Part shown: positions 15,578 to 23,811 of the stretch, in pieces
Position numbering within the stretch: position 1 is the stretch's first letter
How the letters are laid out: every line of letters begins with the position of its first letter
IMG/VR virus record: IMGVR_UViG_3300044641_006743
Strand: one strand, 5' to 3'
Source of the DNA: an uncultured virus (IMG/VR IMGVR_UViG_3300044641_006743)
Lineage: Duplodnaviria > Heunggongvirae > Uroviricota > Caudoviricetes
DNA: 23,811 nucleotides
Notes under the pieces: generated by a model
What the model was told of the DNA's origin: nothing
The model's input: only the letters and a program-made list of their open reading frames with translations
Database searches by the model: none
Made by a program: the position numbers and the translations under genes

Positions 15578-15963
15578 TACTGATTGGTTTCTTTGTTGTA
15601 GTCCACTTCGAAGTATCGAATACCCTCATCATCATTAATGACATATCCAGCTTTTTCAGTTGGATCAATCTTTTGTGCAGCAGAGAGAATACGCCTAAAG
15701 CTTTCGGCTAGATCACCGTCGTTTGCTCGCTCGCACTCCTCTTGTGCTGAGTGAATTTCTTTGAGTGTCCAGAAAAACATAGAGCGCTCTTTGTTTTTTG
15801 GCTGGAACACCATCACCCCAGGCCCTTCCACATCCCACATCTTGCAATAGTGTTCACCCATATCACCAAGGATTAAACGCACCGTAGCGTCCAGCATCCG
15901 GACCTTGGTATCGTCCATATCAGGGCCAATGGCCTGAGCGATCAGCTTCTCGCGTCTATTCAT
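15577..15963 (-). CDS. Hypothetical protein
   Basis: 128-aa ORF with start/stop overlaps to both neighbours. Confidence 0.7.
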   Translation of the reverse strand: MNRREKLIAQAIGPDMDDTKVRMLDATVRLILGDMGEHYCKMWDVEGPGVMVFQPKNKERSMFFWTLKEIHSAQEECERANDGDLAESFRRILSAAQKIDPTEKAGYVINDDEGIRYFEVDYNKETNQ

Positions 15964-16438
15964 GGGATGCTAAACCTTGTTTTTGAAGGACCTCTTGGAG
16001 CTTAGGCAATGGCTGATAGATGACGACCAACTTGCCTAAGACACCACGTTTTTTAATAAGCTTACCGCTTTCGTCCCGAAGTTTGTCAAATTCACCAGAG
16101 CGAATTAAATACTCAGCAACGCAACGCAACCGCCGCTTGAGAGGTAGTTCTGCGGCTGGGAACTTGCTACAGATGGTATCAGGATTCATGTCACGGAAGG
16201 CAACACGCAATCGATTGGCCAAAGTCATGTTTGAATTCACGTCCTCCTCTTCGTAGTTTCTAATGATTTCTAGATACCGGCGCAGGCATCCATCATCAAA
16301 AGAACCCTCGGGCGGCATGAAACATTCCATCTGGAGCGCCAAGGAAACCGGAAGAATTTCCCTGTAATTCTCTAGATTTACCTCTTCGATTTGAAAGGTT
16401 TCAAATCGATGAGCCAGGGGTACTGTCTTCTTCTGCAT
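15956..16438 (-). CDS. Hypothetical protein
   Basis: 160-aa ORF in the same overlapping minus-strand operon. Confidence 0.65.
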   Translation of the reverse strand: MQKKTVPLAHRFETFQIEEVNLENYREILPVSLALQMECFMPPEGSFDDGCLRRYLEIIRNYEEEDVNSNMTLANRLRVAFRDMNPDTICSKFPAAELPLKRRLRCVAEYLIRSGEFDKLRDESGKLIKKRGVLGKLVVIYQPLPKLQEVLQKQGLASHE

Positions 16439-16883
16439 CTGGAGAACTTTCTAAAGAGGCCAAGTAAGCGTCGATGGAATGCGCGTTAATTCGATAACCG
16501 TGAGCATTTTTTTCTTTGTAATCTTTGTTGCTTAGTTCAGGGTTCTTGGCAAAGGAACGGACCAGGTGATTCCACGGAATCCGAAGCTTGTTTTTTTTGT
16601 TTGCCCCTGGATTGATGTTGACGTAATGAATGCCCTCAGTCCATCCAGCGCCTTTTGTACTGGTCTTTCCAATAGCAATCCAATTACGGATTGTTTGATC
16701 CGAAACCGAAAGACGCCTGGCGCACTCCTCGGTTGAGATGTATTCATCTGCATACATCTCTGGATTGGGACTGTTTTTATCCTGGGCTCCTTGCTGCAAA
16801 GCCCAGAGACTACCGAGAATATTACGAATTCCTTTCAATTCGTATGCAATATCCTCTAAGCCCTTGCGAATTCCGTACGACAT
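16401..16883 (-). CDS. HTH DNA-binding protein (Xis/MerR-like)
   Basis: YISTEECARRLSVSDQTIRNWIAIG...WTEGIHYV. Confidence 0.75.
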   Translation of the reverse strand: MSYGIRKGLEDIAYELKGIRNILGSLWALQQGAQDKNSPNPEMYADEYISTEECARRLSVSDQTIRNWIAIGKTSTKGAGWTEGIHYVNINPGANKKNKLRIPWNHLVRSFAKNPELSNKDYKEKNAHGYRINAHSIDAYLASLESSPDAEEDSTPGSSI

Positions 16884-16931
16884 ACCTCAACTGTTTTGGC
16901 TAAATGCTAATGTATTTGAACAAGCTTTGTT

Positions 16932-17282
16932 ATGACTATGGACGAACAAGTCCAAAACAGTATTCCACCTGAGTTCCAGCAGATGCCAAAGCTTTCGGCA
17001 GAGCAGGTGGAGATGCTAAAAGCTGTTGCCAGGGAACGTGCGATTGCCCAAGCTGCAGCAGAAGCATCTTCTCAGCAAGTACAAACGCAGCGGCTTGCAG
17101 TACCCCCGCCGTCTATGGTGCCACCTCAGGTTCAAACCCAAGTTGTTTATGTGAGGCGCAACTTTACAGTTGCTGAACTCTTGTTGATTCTTTTCTTGTC
17201 TTGCGGTCTGGTTGCTGGAGCACAAGCTTTGTGGGGACTTGGGGCTCGCATCTTACCTCAGGTTGAAATAAAGGTCAAATAA
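16932..17282 (+). CDS. Membrane protein with one C-terminal transmembrane segment
   Basis: Q/A/P-rich soluble N-terminus followed by RR-NFTVAELLLILFLSCGLVAGAQALWGLG. Confidence 0.65.
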   Translation: MTMDEQVQNSIPPEFQQMPKLSAEQVEMLKAVARERAIAQAAAEASSQQVQTQRLAVPPPSMVPPQVQTQVVYVRRNFTVAELLLILFLSCGLVAGAQALWGLGARILPQVEIKVK

Positions 17283-17334
17283 AATACGACAAACCTAAAC
17301 TATAATTTTAGTTATAAGGTTTGCGAGCGTATAG

Positions 17335-19317
17335 GTGGCCAATAGGCGGATCTCAGATTTACCTGCAATTAGTTCGGTCGACATCGCGGATGCCGACCTA
17401 TTTACTATTGTCCACGTTTCAGAGGTTGATCCTGGGTTAAAAAATAAGAAATTTACAGTACAAGATCATAAGGCATATCTTAATAATTACTATCTTCAGT
17501 TAACTGGTGGAACTGTTAACAACTTAACGGTTACCAATAATTTAAATGTATCTGGCAATACAACCCTTGGGGGTAATCTCACCGTTTCTGGTTCGACCAG
17601 TTTTGCCAACTTAACTCTCAATAACCTGACCGTAACTGGCACGCTGAGTGGCGCAACGATTACTGGTCAAAGTATCCAGGGTTTGAACGTTAACGGAACC
17701 AACGGATATTTTGTCAGTCTTCAAGCTGTCAATGGCACGGCTGATTCGTTTCAAATTACCGCAATCAGCGGTGGAACAATTACCGGAAACGCCATTGCGG
17801 CTAGCGGTATCACTGGTCAAACAATCACCGGAAATACCATTAACGCCATTCGAATTAACACCACATCCATCACGGGTGCCACTGGTGTTTTCACGGCAAG
17901 TGTCTCTGGCGCAGTTGTTACCGGCGATATTGGACGTTTTGCAAACCTGACTGGAGTCTCTGGAACATTCACCAGTCAGCTTTCCGGTGCGGTCATTACA
18001 GGTAATACTGCACGTTTTAGTAACACTACCGGCGTCTCAGGTACTTTTACAAGTCAGCTTTCTGGTGCTGTCATTACAGGTGTCACCGGTCAATTTACTC
18101 AGCTCAATGGTGTCACGGGCCAGTTCATTAACCTGTCTGGTACTACGGTCACTGGTGGCACAGGTCAATTTACAAGTCTGACTGCAACCTACGTCACTGG
18201 AACCATTGGTGTTTCAGGTGCAACAATTACCGCATTAACCGGCAATATTACCGAGATTCAATCAACGTCTGGTACTTTTGCAGGACAGATTTCCGGCGCA
18301 GTCATAACCGGGGATACAGGACGTTTCTCCAGGATTACTGGTATCTCTGGCACGTTCACCAGCCGTATTTCTGGTGCAACCGTAACAGGCGTAACGGGTC
18401 TGTTTACTACCATTACTGCCGCAACAGGTACTTTTACTGATCAAATCAACGTTAGTACGATTGCCACGACGGGTAATCTCTCCGCCAGCGGTGATCTTTT
18501 TATCGGCGGCTCTGGGACAGTCGTTAACAACTTCACTGTTAGCGGCACTATTTCGGGTTCAACTGTCACAGGCACAACTGCTTTATTTGACAGTGTTACT
18601 GGTAATGGCGTATACGGCAATACGCTTGTTTACGCACCAACGGTTACAGGTAATGTTGTCCAAGCCACTTCCGTCACTGGGGTCACTGGTGTCTTTACGA
18701 CACTGCTAAGTGGCGCCACAATTACTGGCAATGCACTTAATGCAAGTACAGCCACTGTTGGAACCGGTAATTTTGTCCGTGTTTCAGGGTCAACCGTTAC
18801 AGGTGCAACTGGTTTATTTGCTCTTCTAACGACAGATACTGGAAACTTCACCCGTGTTTCTGGGGCCACAATTACTGGAACCACTGGTTTATTCAGTTCC
18901 ACAACTGTTGTTAGTGGCCAGTACACAAATCTGTCTGGCGCCACAATCACCGGCAATAACTTAACGGCTGGCACAGGACGTTTTACGTTAATTACAGGTG
19001 CAACCTTTGTCGCAGGTGGTGTTGTCTTTGCTTCTGGTGCAGGCGACGTTCGTCCTTTCAACCAGTTTTCCTTCCCTGCAACACCCGGCACATCGGGCTA
19101 TGTCCTTACCACGCTCGGTAACGGGCAGACAACCTGGACCGTTGCAACAACTACAGGAACTCTTGTTACCAATGCAATTGCAGAAACAAAGATCGTTATT
19201 GACATTAACTATGCAATTGGAATTGGATACAACGGTTTATCTGTTGGACCAGTTGAAATTGCATCTGGATTTACCGTGACGGTTCCATCTGGTTCAACTT
19301 GGAAAATCTTGGATTAA
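17335..19317 (+). CDS. Tail fibre protein with Gly/Thr repeats
   Basis: N-terminal MANRRISDLP attachment-type motif, many SGATITG/TGxFT repeats and a C-terminal NGLSVGPVEIASGFTVTVPSGSTWKIL motif typical of fibre subunits. Confidence 0.8.
   Translation: MANRRISDLPAISSVDIADADLFTIVHVSEVDPGLKNKKFTVQDHKAYLNNYYLQLTGGTVNNLTVTNNLNVSGNTTLGGNLTVSGSTSFANLTLNNLTVTGTLSGATITGQSIQGLNVNGTNGYFVSLQAVNGTADSFQITAISGGTITGNAIAASGITGQTITGNTINAIRINTTSITGATGVFTASVSGAVVTGDIGRFANLTGVSGTFTSQLSGAVITGNTARFSNTTGVSGTFTSQLSGAVITGVTGQFTQLNGVTGQFINLSGTTVTGGTGQFTSLTATYVTGTIGVSGATITALTGNITEIQSTSGTFAGQISGAVITGDTGRFSRITGISGTFTSRISGATVTGVTGLFTTITAATGTFTDQINVSTIATTGNLSASGDLFIGGSGTVVNNFTVSGTISGSTVTGTTALFDSVTGNGVYGNTLVYAPTVTGNVVQATSVTGVTGVFTTLLSGATITGNALNASTATVGTGNFVRVSGSTVTGATGLFALLTTDTGNFTRVSGATITGTTGLFSSTTVVSGQYTNLSGATITGNNLTAGTGRFTLITGATFVAGGVVFASGAGDVRPFNQFSFPATPGTSGYVLTTLGNGQTTWTVATTTGTLVTNAIAETKIVIDINYAIGIGYNGLSVGPVEIASGFTVTVPSGSTWKILD
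17650..19000 (+). repeat. Degenerate tandem coding repeats (SGA[T/V][I/V]TG..G.F, 11- and 15-aa units)
   Basis: For example GTFTSQLSGAVITG at about 17962-18003 and 18040-18081, 78 nt apart. The same unit recurs at about 19450-19700 in the next gene. Confidence 0.75.
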
Positions 19318-19344
19318 ACTAGATTTAAAGGATAGTAGTTACTC

Positions 19345-21219
19345 ATGCCATACGGAATTTTAAAGGCAGATACCCTTACTTATTACACCGCCACAGGGGA
19401 TGTCAACCTGGCGATTAGTGGCATTGCTCTTCAAGGTGCCGCTCTTGTTTCTGGTGTTAGCGGTATTTTTACCACTGTTGTTTCTGGTGCGACGGTAACT
19501 GGTAACGCAGGTCAATTCACCACCATTACTGGTGGCACTGCAAACTTTGCAAATATCACCGGAGTTTCTGGTACCTTTACAACCAGGATTTCGGGGGCAA
19601 CCGTAACAGGCAATACGGCTCAATTCACTACTGCAACAGCAGTAACTGGTGTTTTTACCACGAGTGTTTCTGGCGCAACCGTTACCGGCGACCTCGGTTT
19701 ATTTAATACTCTTAGTGGAAATCAAGTTGTCCTTGCCACTGGTCTTTCGATTCCAAGCGGCAGTGCTTCTTCTCCATCCATCAGTGTAAACGGAGACCCA
19801 AATACTGGACTCTATTCCCCCGGCGCAGACCAAGTAGCCATCTCGACTAGTGGCACTGGGCGGTTGTTTGTTGATGCCAGTGGGAATGTGGGGGTTGGGA
19901 AAAACCCAACATATGCCTTAGACGTGGCTGGAACGATCCAAATAACTAACAACGCATATTACAGAGCACTTAACTCTACAGGTGGTTCTGTAAGACTTTT
20001 GGGATTAGGGGCGGACAACAACATTTATTTTGGACAGGAATCAACTGGATTTACGGCTTTCTATGCCAATGGTTCCGAGCGCATGCGCCTGGACTCCAGT
20101 GGCCGCTTAGGTCTGGGGACTAGTAGCCCTGGCGTTTCCCTTGACGTAGTAGCAGGATCAGATGCCATTGCGTATCGAGTTCGTGGGCGATCTTCAGACA
20201 GCATCGGAGCTATTCAGTTCACAGACAATGGCGCAGCAACTCAGTACGCCAGCATCCAGACGCCTGCCGCCAATACGCTCGCATTACTTACGGCTTCTAC
20301 AGAGCGGCTTCGGATTGATTCCTCAGGCCGCGTAGGGATTGGCTCTACTGCGCCCCTGACAACGCTTGAATGTAGAGGCCAGTTCTCTATTAGCAATAAT
20401 GCTGGTAGTTACTGGGTGCTTGACCGCGATGATTCAGACGGGCGACTTAAGCTGCTCGACTCATCTACGTCTACAAATGAGCGTCTTGCTGTAGACAGCT
20501 CCGGCAGGTTGTTAGTTGGCACGTCTACTCACTCTGGTCTTAATGTCACTAGCTACACCGGCTTAAATGCTTATTTTGCTAATACTGGCGATACAGGTAT
20601 CTCGCTGTCTCGATTCCAAAATACAACCAATGGGCCGTCAGTTCAGCTACTAAAAAGCAGGGGTACTTCAGTTGGTAGTTTAACGACCGTTTCTAGCGGT
20701 GATTCTCTAGGCGAAGTTGTTTTTGCTGGTGCTGATGGGGACGAGTTCCGAGCTGGCGCATCTATTGAGGCGATTGTAGATGGTACACCTGGCAATAATG
20801 ACATGCCGGGCCGCCTAGTGTTCTCCACTACGGCGGATGGGGCATCTTCGCCTACTGAGCGTGTTCGTATTAGCCAGAACGGTGTTGTTACTGTTAAGAA
20901 TGGCGCAGTTGCTGAGATTGGTACGCTGACCGATGGTGCGACTGTTACACCTGATTTTGCGGCAAATTGCAACTTCACTCTCACCATCAGTGGTAACAGA
21001 ACACTGGCTAACCCAACCAACATCACCGCCGGTCAAACGGGTTCCATTTTCATCATCCAAGGTTCTGGTTCTAATACCCTTAGCTGGGGTAGCTATTGGG
21101 ACTTTGCTGGAGGCACCGCACCCACCTTGAGCACCGCATCGGGAGCCATTGATCGTGTCGATTATGTTGTGCGTACCAGCACCAGTATTCACACGGTCTT
21201 TACTGCAAATTATTCGTAA
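19345..21219 (+). CDS. Tail fibre protein
   Basis: N-terminal SGATVTG repeats, central ER(M/L)R(L/I)DSSGR.G.GT repeats, a DMPGRLVFSTTADG module and a C-terminal TL..PTN...GQTGSIFI.Q...WDFAGGTAPTLST...DRVDY domain. Confidence 0.82.
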   Translation: MPYGILKADTLTYYTATGDVNLAISGIALQGAALVSGVSGIFTTVVSGATVTGNAGQFTTITGGTANFANITGVSGTFTTRISGATVTGNTAQFTTATAVTGVFTTSVSGATVTGDLGLFNTLSGNQVVLATGLSIPSGSASSPSISVNGDPNTGLYSPGADQVAISTSGTGRLFVDASGNVGVGKNPTYALDVAGTIQITNNAYYRALNSTGGSVRLLGLGADNNIYFGQESTGFTAFYANGSERMRLDSSGRLGLGTSSPGVSLDVVAGSDAIAYRVRGRSSDSIGAIQFTDNGAATQYASIQTPAANTLALLTASTERLRIDSSGRVGIGSTAPLTTLECRGQFSISNNAGSYWVLDRDDSDGRLKLLDSSTSTNERLAVDSSGRLLVGTSTHSGLNVTSYTGLNAYFANTGDTGISLSRFQNTTNGPSVQLLKSRGTSVGSLTTVSSGDSLGEVVFAGADGDEFRAGASIEAIVDGTPGNNDMPGRLVFSTTADGASSPTERVRISQNGVVTVKNGAVAEIGTLTDGATVTPDFAANCNFTLTISGNRTLANPTNITAGQTGSIFIIQGSGSNTLSWGSYWDFAGGTAPTLSTASGAIDRVDYVVRTSTSIHTVFTANYS

Positions 21220-21251
21220 TTTTGGTATAGTTTTAGAAAGGATTTTTAACC

Positions 21252-21575
21252 ATGGCTACCAAGTCTTCTGCTACTACTTTTACCTGGAACATTGCTCAGC
21301 TTGAGCGTGAAGTTTCTGATGGCTTTGTGTTTACTGCTCATTACACCATCGATGCCAAGGATGATGTATATACCTCTGGTGCTTACGGCTCCATTGGTTT
21401 CGAGCGCCCAGACAACCTGATTCCATATTCGGAATTAACCCTTGATGAAGTGGTGGGCTGGGTCAAAGAAGCCCTTGGCGAAGAAAAAGTTGCTGACATC
21501 GAAGCTGCTCTGCAGAAGCAACTTGACGAACAGCGCACCCCCTCAGTTGCCGCAGGCCTGCCCTGGAGCAACTGA
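21252..21575 (+). CDS. Tail fibre-associated small protein (assembly/chaperone-like)
   Basis: SD AAAGGA. The sequence FTWNIAQLER...TAHY...YGS...IPYSELT...V.GWV...LG...GLPW follows a pattern common next to fibre genes. Confidence 0.65.
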   Translation: MATKSSATTFTWNIAQLEREVSDGFVFTAHYTIDAKDDVYTSGAYGSIGFERPDNLIPYSELTLDEVVGWVKEALGEEKVADIEAALQKQLDEQRTPSVAAGLPWSN

Positions 21576-21606
21576 TTTTTAATCACTAACAATACCGGTT
21601 TCCGTC

Positions 21607-23811
21607 ATGAGTCTTTTCCACGACAGCGCAATTATTGGTGCCAGTGGTTCTGGTGGCGGAGCCGGATATTCTATTTCTAGGTCGCTCCGTTTCAACAGTA
21701 GTGACAGTGCCTACTTGTCCAGAACGCCTGCATCAGCCGGCAACCGCAAGACGTGGACCTGGGCGGGGTGGGTGAAGCGCAGCGCGATGGGCGGTAGTTC
21801 ATTGCAAACGTTATTTGGTCTTGAATCTTCCCTGTGGTGCTCAATCGTAATTAACAACGATTTTTTTGGTATTAGTGATAGCATCGCTTATTTCAGGTAT
21901 TCAACCAATTTATTGCGAGATCCATCCGCATGGTATCATCTTGTTTGCACTTTTGATACCACTCAGGCAATTGCAAGCAATCGAGTCAAGCTCTACATAA
22001 ACGGCACGGAAGTTAGCTACGCAGGCGGCACCATCCCAGCTCAAAACTACGATGGTGGCATTAATACTACAGATAGCCACTGGATAGGCAGGGTTGGTGC
22101 AACCAACGGCCGCTACTTTGATGGGTATTTAGCCGACATCCACTTCATCGACGGCCAAGCCTTAGACCCCACCAGCTTCGGTGAGTTCGACGCCACCACC
22201 GGCGTGTGGATGCCAAAGGCGTTCTCGGGCGGCAGCTACGGCACTAACGGCTTCAAACTCGACTTCAGCGATAACTCCGCCGCCACTGCTACCACGCTGG
22301 GTAAAGATAGCTCCGGTAACGGCAACAACTTCACCCCCAGCAACCTATCCGTCACCGCTGGTGCAGCCAACGACAGCCTCGTAGACGTTCCCACTAATGG
22401 CAGCGAGGTTGATACGGGAAGTGGGGGGCAGGTGAGGGGGAATTATTGCACCGGCAATCCCCTTGCGATAGGCGGTGGAACACTTAGCAATGGAAATCTT
22501 GATTATGTCCGCGTATCCGATCCAAGCGGTAATACTTGCGGCAAAGTTCTGGGGACCATTGCCACTACATCTGGCAAGTGGTACTTTGAATACACTATAG
22601 CGACATCATCAGCGTCATCCGCAGCTATTGGAATAACTTCCAATATTCAGGGCACTATCTCGGCAATAGGTGGTACGAATTATGTTGGTATTGGCTCTTA
22701 TGAGTATGTGTGGCGTGCCCAAGGGCAGACGATAAATAACGGATCATTCCCAAGCTATGGAACAGCAGCGTCCAATGGCGACACAATAATGTGCGCGTTT
22801 GATGTGGATGCTGGGAAGGTTTGGTTTGGAAGAAACGGAACATGGTTCAATTCGTCAAACCCTTCAGCAGGAACCAGTCCTGCGTTCGCTGGGTTCAGCG
22901 GGACGGTTATGCCAATTTTTGGAATTGGTACAGCCAGCGCAGGTTTTGACGCTAACGGGTCAATCAACTTCGGCCAACGCCCCTTCGCCTACACCGCTCC
23001 CAGCGGCTTCAAGGCGCTCTGCACGGCAAACCTGCCCGCCCCAGTAGTCACGAAGCCTAGTGAGTACATGGATGTGTTGCTATATACGGGCAATGGGAGT
23101 ACGCAGACTATTTCGGGGTTGGGATTTAGTCCGGATTTTCTATGGTTTAAAACGCGTAATACCAATAGCCAACACGCTTTGTATGACGTTATTAGGGGTG
23201 TTTCAAAGTCGCTTGTATCGAACAGCACTGCAGCAGAAGCAACCGAAGGCGGCGGCCTCGCGTCTTTTGATTCTGCTGGTTTTTCGTTGTCCGGGGACAA
23301 TACTATACAGGGTTCCACAAACGGCAGTGGCCGCACCTACGTCACTTGGGCCTGGGACGCCGGCAGCTCCACCGTCACGAATACACAAGGCTCCATCTCT
23401 AGTCAGGTGAGGGCTAATGCAAGTGCGGGGTTCTCGATTGTTACTTATACGGGGAATGGGACTTCTTCTCAGACAGTTGGGCACGGGTTAGGTGCTAAAC
23501 CTGGCTTGATCATCGTTAAAGTAAGAAGTATTAGTGGCTACAACTGGGGCGTTTATCACTCTTCGCTAACAGGCACCCAACCTTTAATCAAACTTAATTC
23601 CACAGACGCTGTAACCCAAGCATTTCCCTCCTTTCAGCCAGCGCTCAACACATCCACTGTATTTGGCATTGGCAATGAAGGAACGACAAATGACCCTGGC
23701 GCTACCTACGTCGCCTACTGCTTCGCCCCAGTAGCCGGGTACTCTAGCTTTGGGAGTTATGTGGGAACAGGAGCGGTATCTACAGGCCCATTCTGTTATA
23801 CGGGCTTCCGT
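21607..23811 (+). CDS. Tail fibre/receptor-binding protein with LamG (ConA-like) and SPRY-like domains (3'-partial; absent from the ORF track)
   Basis: ATG 21607 gives MSLFHDSAIIGASG...YSISRSLRFNSSDSAYLSRTP...TWTWAGWVKRS...RDPSAWYHLV...YFDGYLADIHFIDGQAL...GKWYFEY...YTGNG. I found no in-frame stop before the window end. Confidence 0.85.
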   Translation, partial: MSLFHDSAIIGASGSGGGAGYSISRSLRFNSSDSAYLSRTPASAGNRKTWTWAGWVKRSAMGGSSLQTLFGLESSLWCSIVINNDFFGISDSIAYFRYSTNLLRDPSAWYHLVCTFDTTQAIASNRVKLYINGTEVSYAGGTIPAQNYDGGINTTDSHWIGRVGATNGRYFDGYLADIHFIDGQALDPTSFGEFDATTGVWMPKAFSGGSYGTNGFKLDFSDNSAATATTLGKDSSGNGNNFTPSNLSVTAGAANDSLVDVPTNGSEVDTGSGGQVRGNYCTGNPLAIGGGTLSNGNLDYVRVSDPSGNTCGKVLGTIATTSGKWYFEYTIATSSASSAAIGITSNIQGTISAIGGTNYVGIGSYEYVWRAQGQTINNGSFPSYGTAASNGDTIMCAFDVDAGKVWFGRNGTWFNSSNPSAGTSPAFAGFSGTVMPIFGIGTASAGFDANGSINFGQRPFAYTAPSGFKALCTANLPAPVVTKPSEYMDVLLYTGNGSTQTISGLGFSPDFLWFKTRNTNSQHALYDVIRGVSKSLVSNSTAAEATEGGGLASFDSAGFSLSGDNTIQGSTNGSGRTYVTWAWDAGSSTVTNTQGSISSQVRANASAGFSIVTYTGNGTSSQTVGHGLGAKPGLIIVKVRSISGYNWGVYHSSLTGTQPLIKLNSTDAVTQAFPSFQPALNTSTVFGIGNEGTTNDPGATYVAYCFAPVAGYSSFGSYVGTGAVSTGPFCYTGFR

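Noticed and set aside
17650..19700. CRISPR array or DGR template/variable repeats
   Set aside because: The repeats are degenerate, coding and vary at synonymous sites rather than at adenines only. There are no spacers and no reverse transcriptase.
22181..23484. Short tracked ORFs in the last 1.6 kb
   Set aside because: They are alternative-frame fragments inside the long ORF starting at 21607.
1..23811. tRNA or rRNA genes
   Set aside because: No cloverleaf or rRNA-like segment was recognised in the short intergenic gaps. A tRNAscan run would be needed to exclude them formally.

Overview
A 23.8-kb segment of a tailed dsDNA cyanophage genome. The host is inferred from an NblA-like gene and cyanophage-style tail-fibre modules; a freshwater picocyanobacterial phage lineage is a tentative guess. 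From left to right it holds five blocks. (1) A head module: partial scaffold-like gene, Gly/Ala-rich protein, major capsid protein (MCP), probable capsid-associated protein, HhH protein and terminator. (2) Virion and cell-wall enzymes: M23 peptidase, lytic transglycosylase and structural genes. (3) An accessory block: degenerate tyrosine-recombinase-like gene with a Xis-like HTH gene, HNH nuclease, lysozyme, NblA and DUF3310. (4) A minus-strand block: dCTP deaminase, degenerate Dam-like methyltransferase and an HTH protein. (5) A tail-fibre block that runs off the right end. The main result, missed by the ORF track, is that the MCP gene is split after its 4th codon (GTG TTT ATT GAT | AAC GAC TTT...) by an 824-nt group I intron (1388-2211). 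The intron has a readable catalytic core and an internal guide sequence matching the ligated exons, and it carries an HNH homing endonuclease on the antisense strand inside loop L1. Other notable items are a circularly permuted M23 peptidase, two apparent pseudo-enzymes, a recurring '-10 box / hairpin / start codon' architecture, a split SWIM-like zinc finger and a compositionally foreign cassette inside a tail fibre. All protein calls come from recognising motifs by eye; no database search was run.
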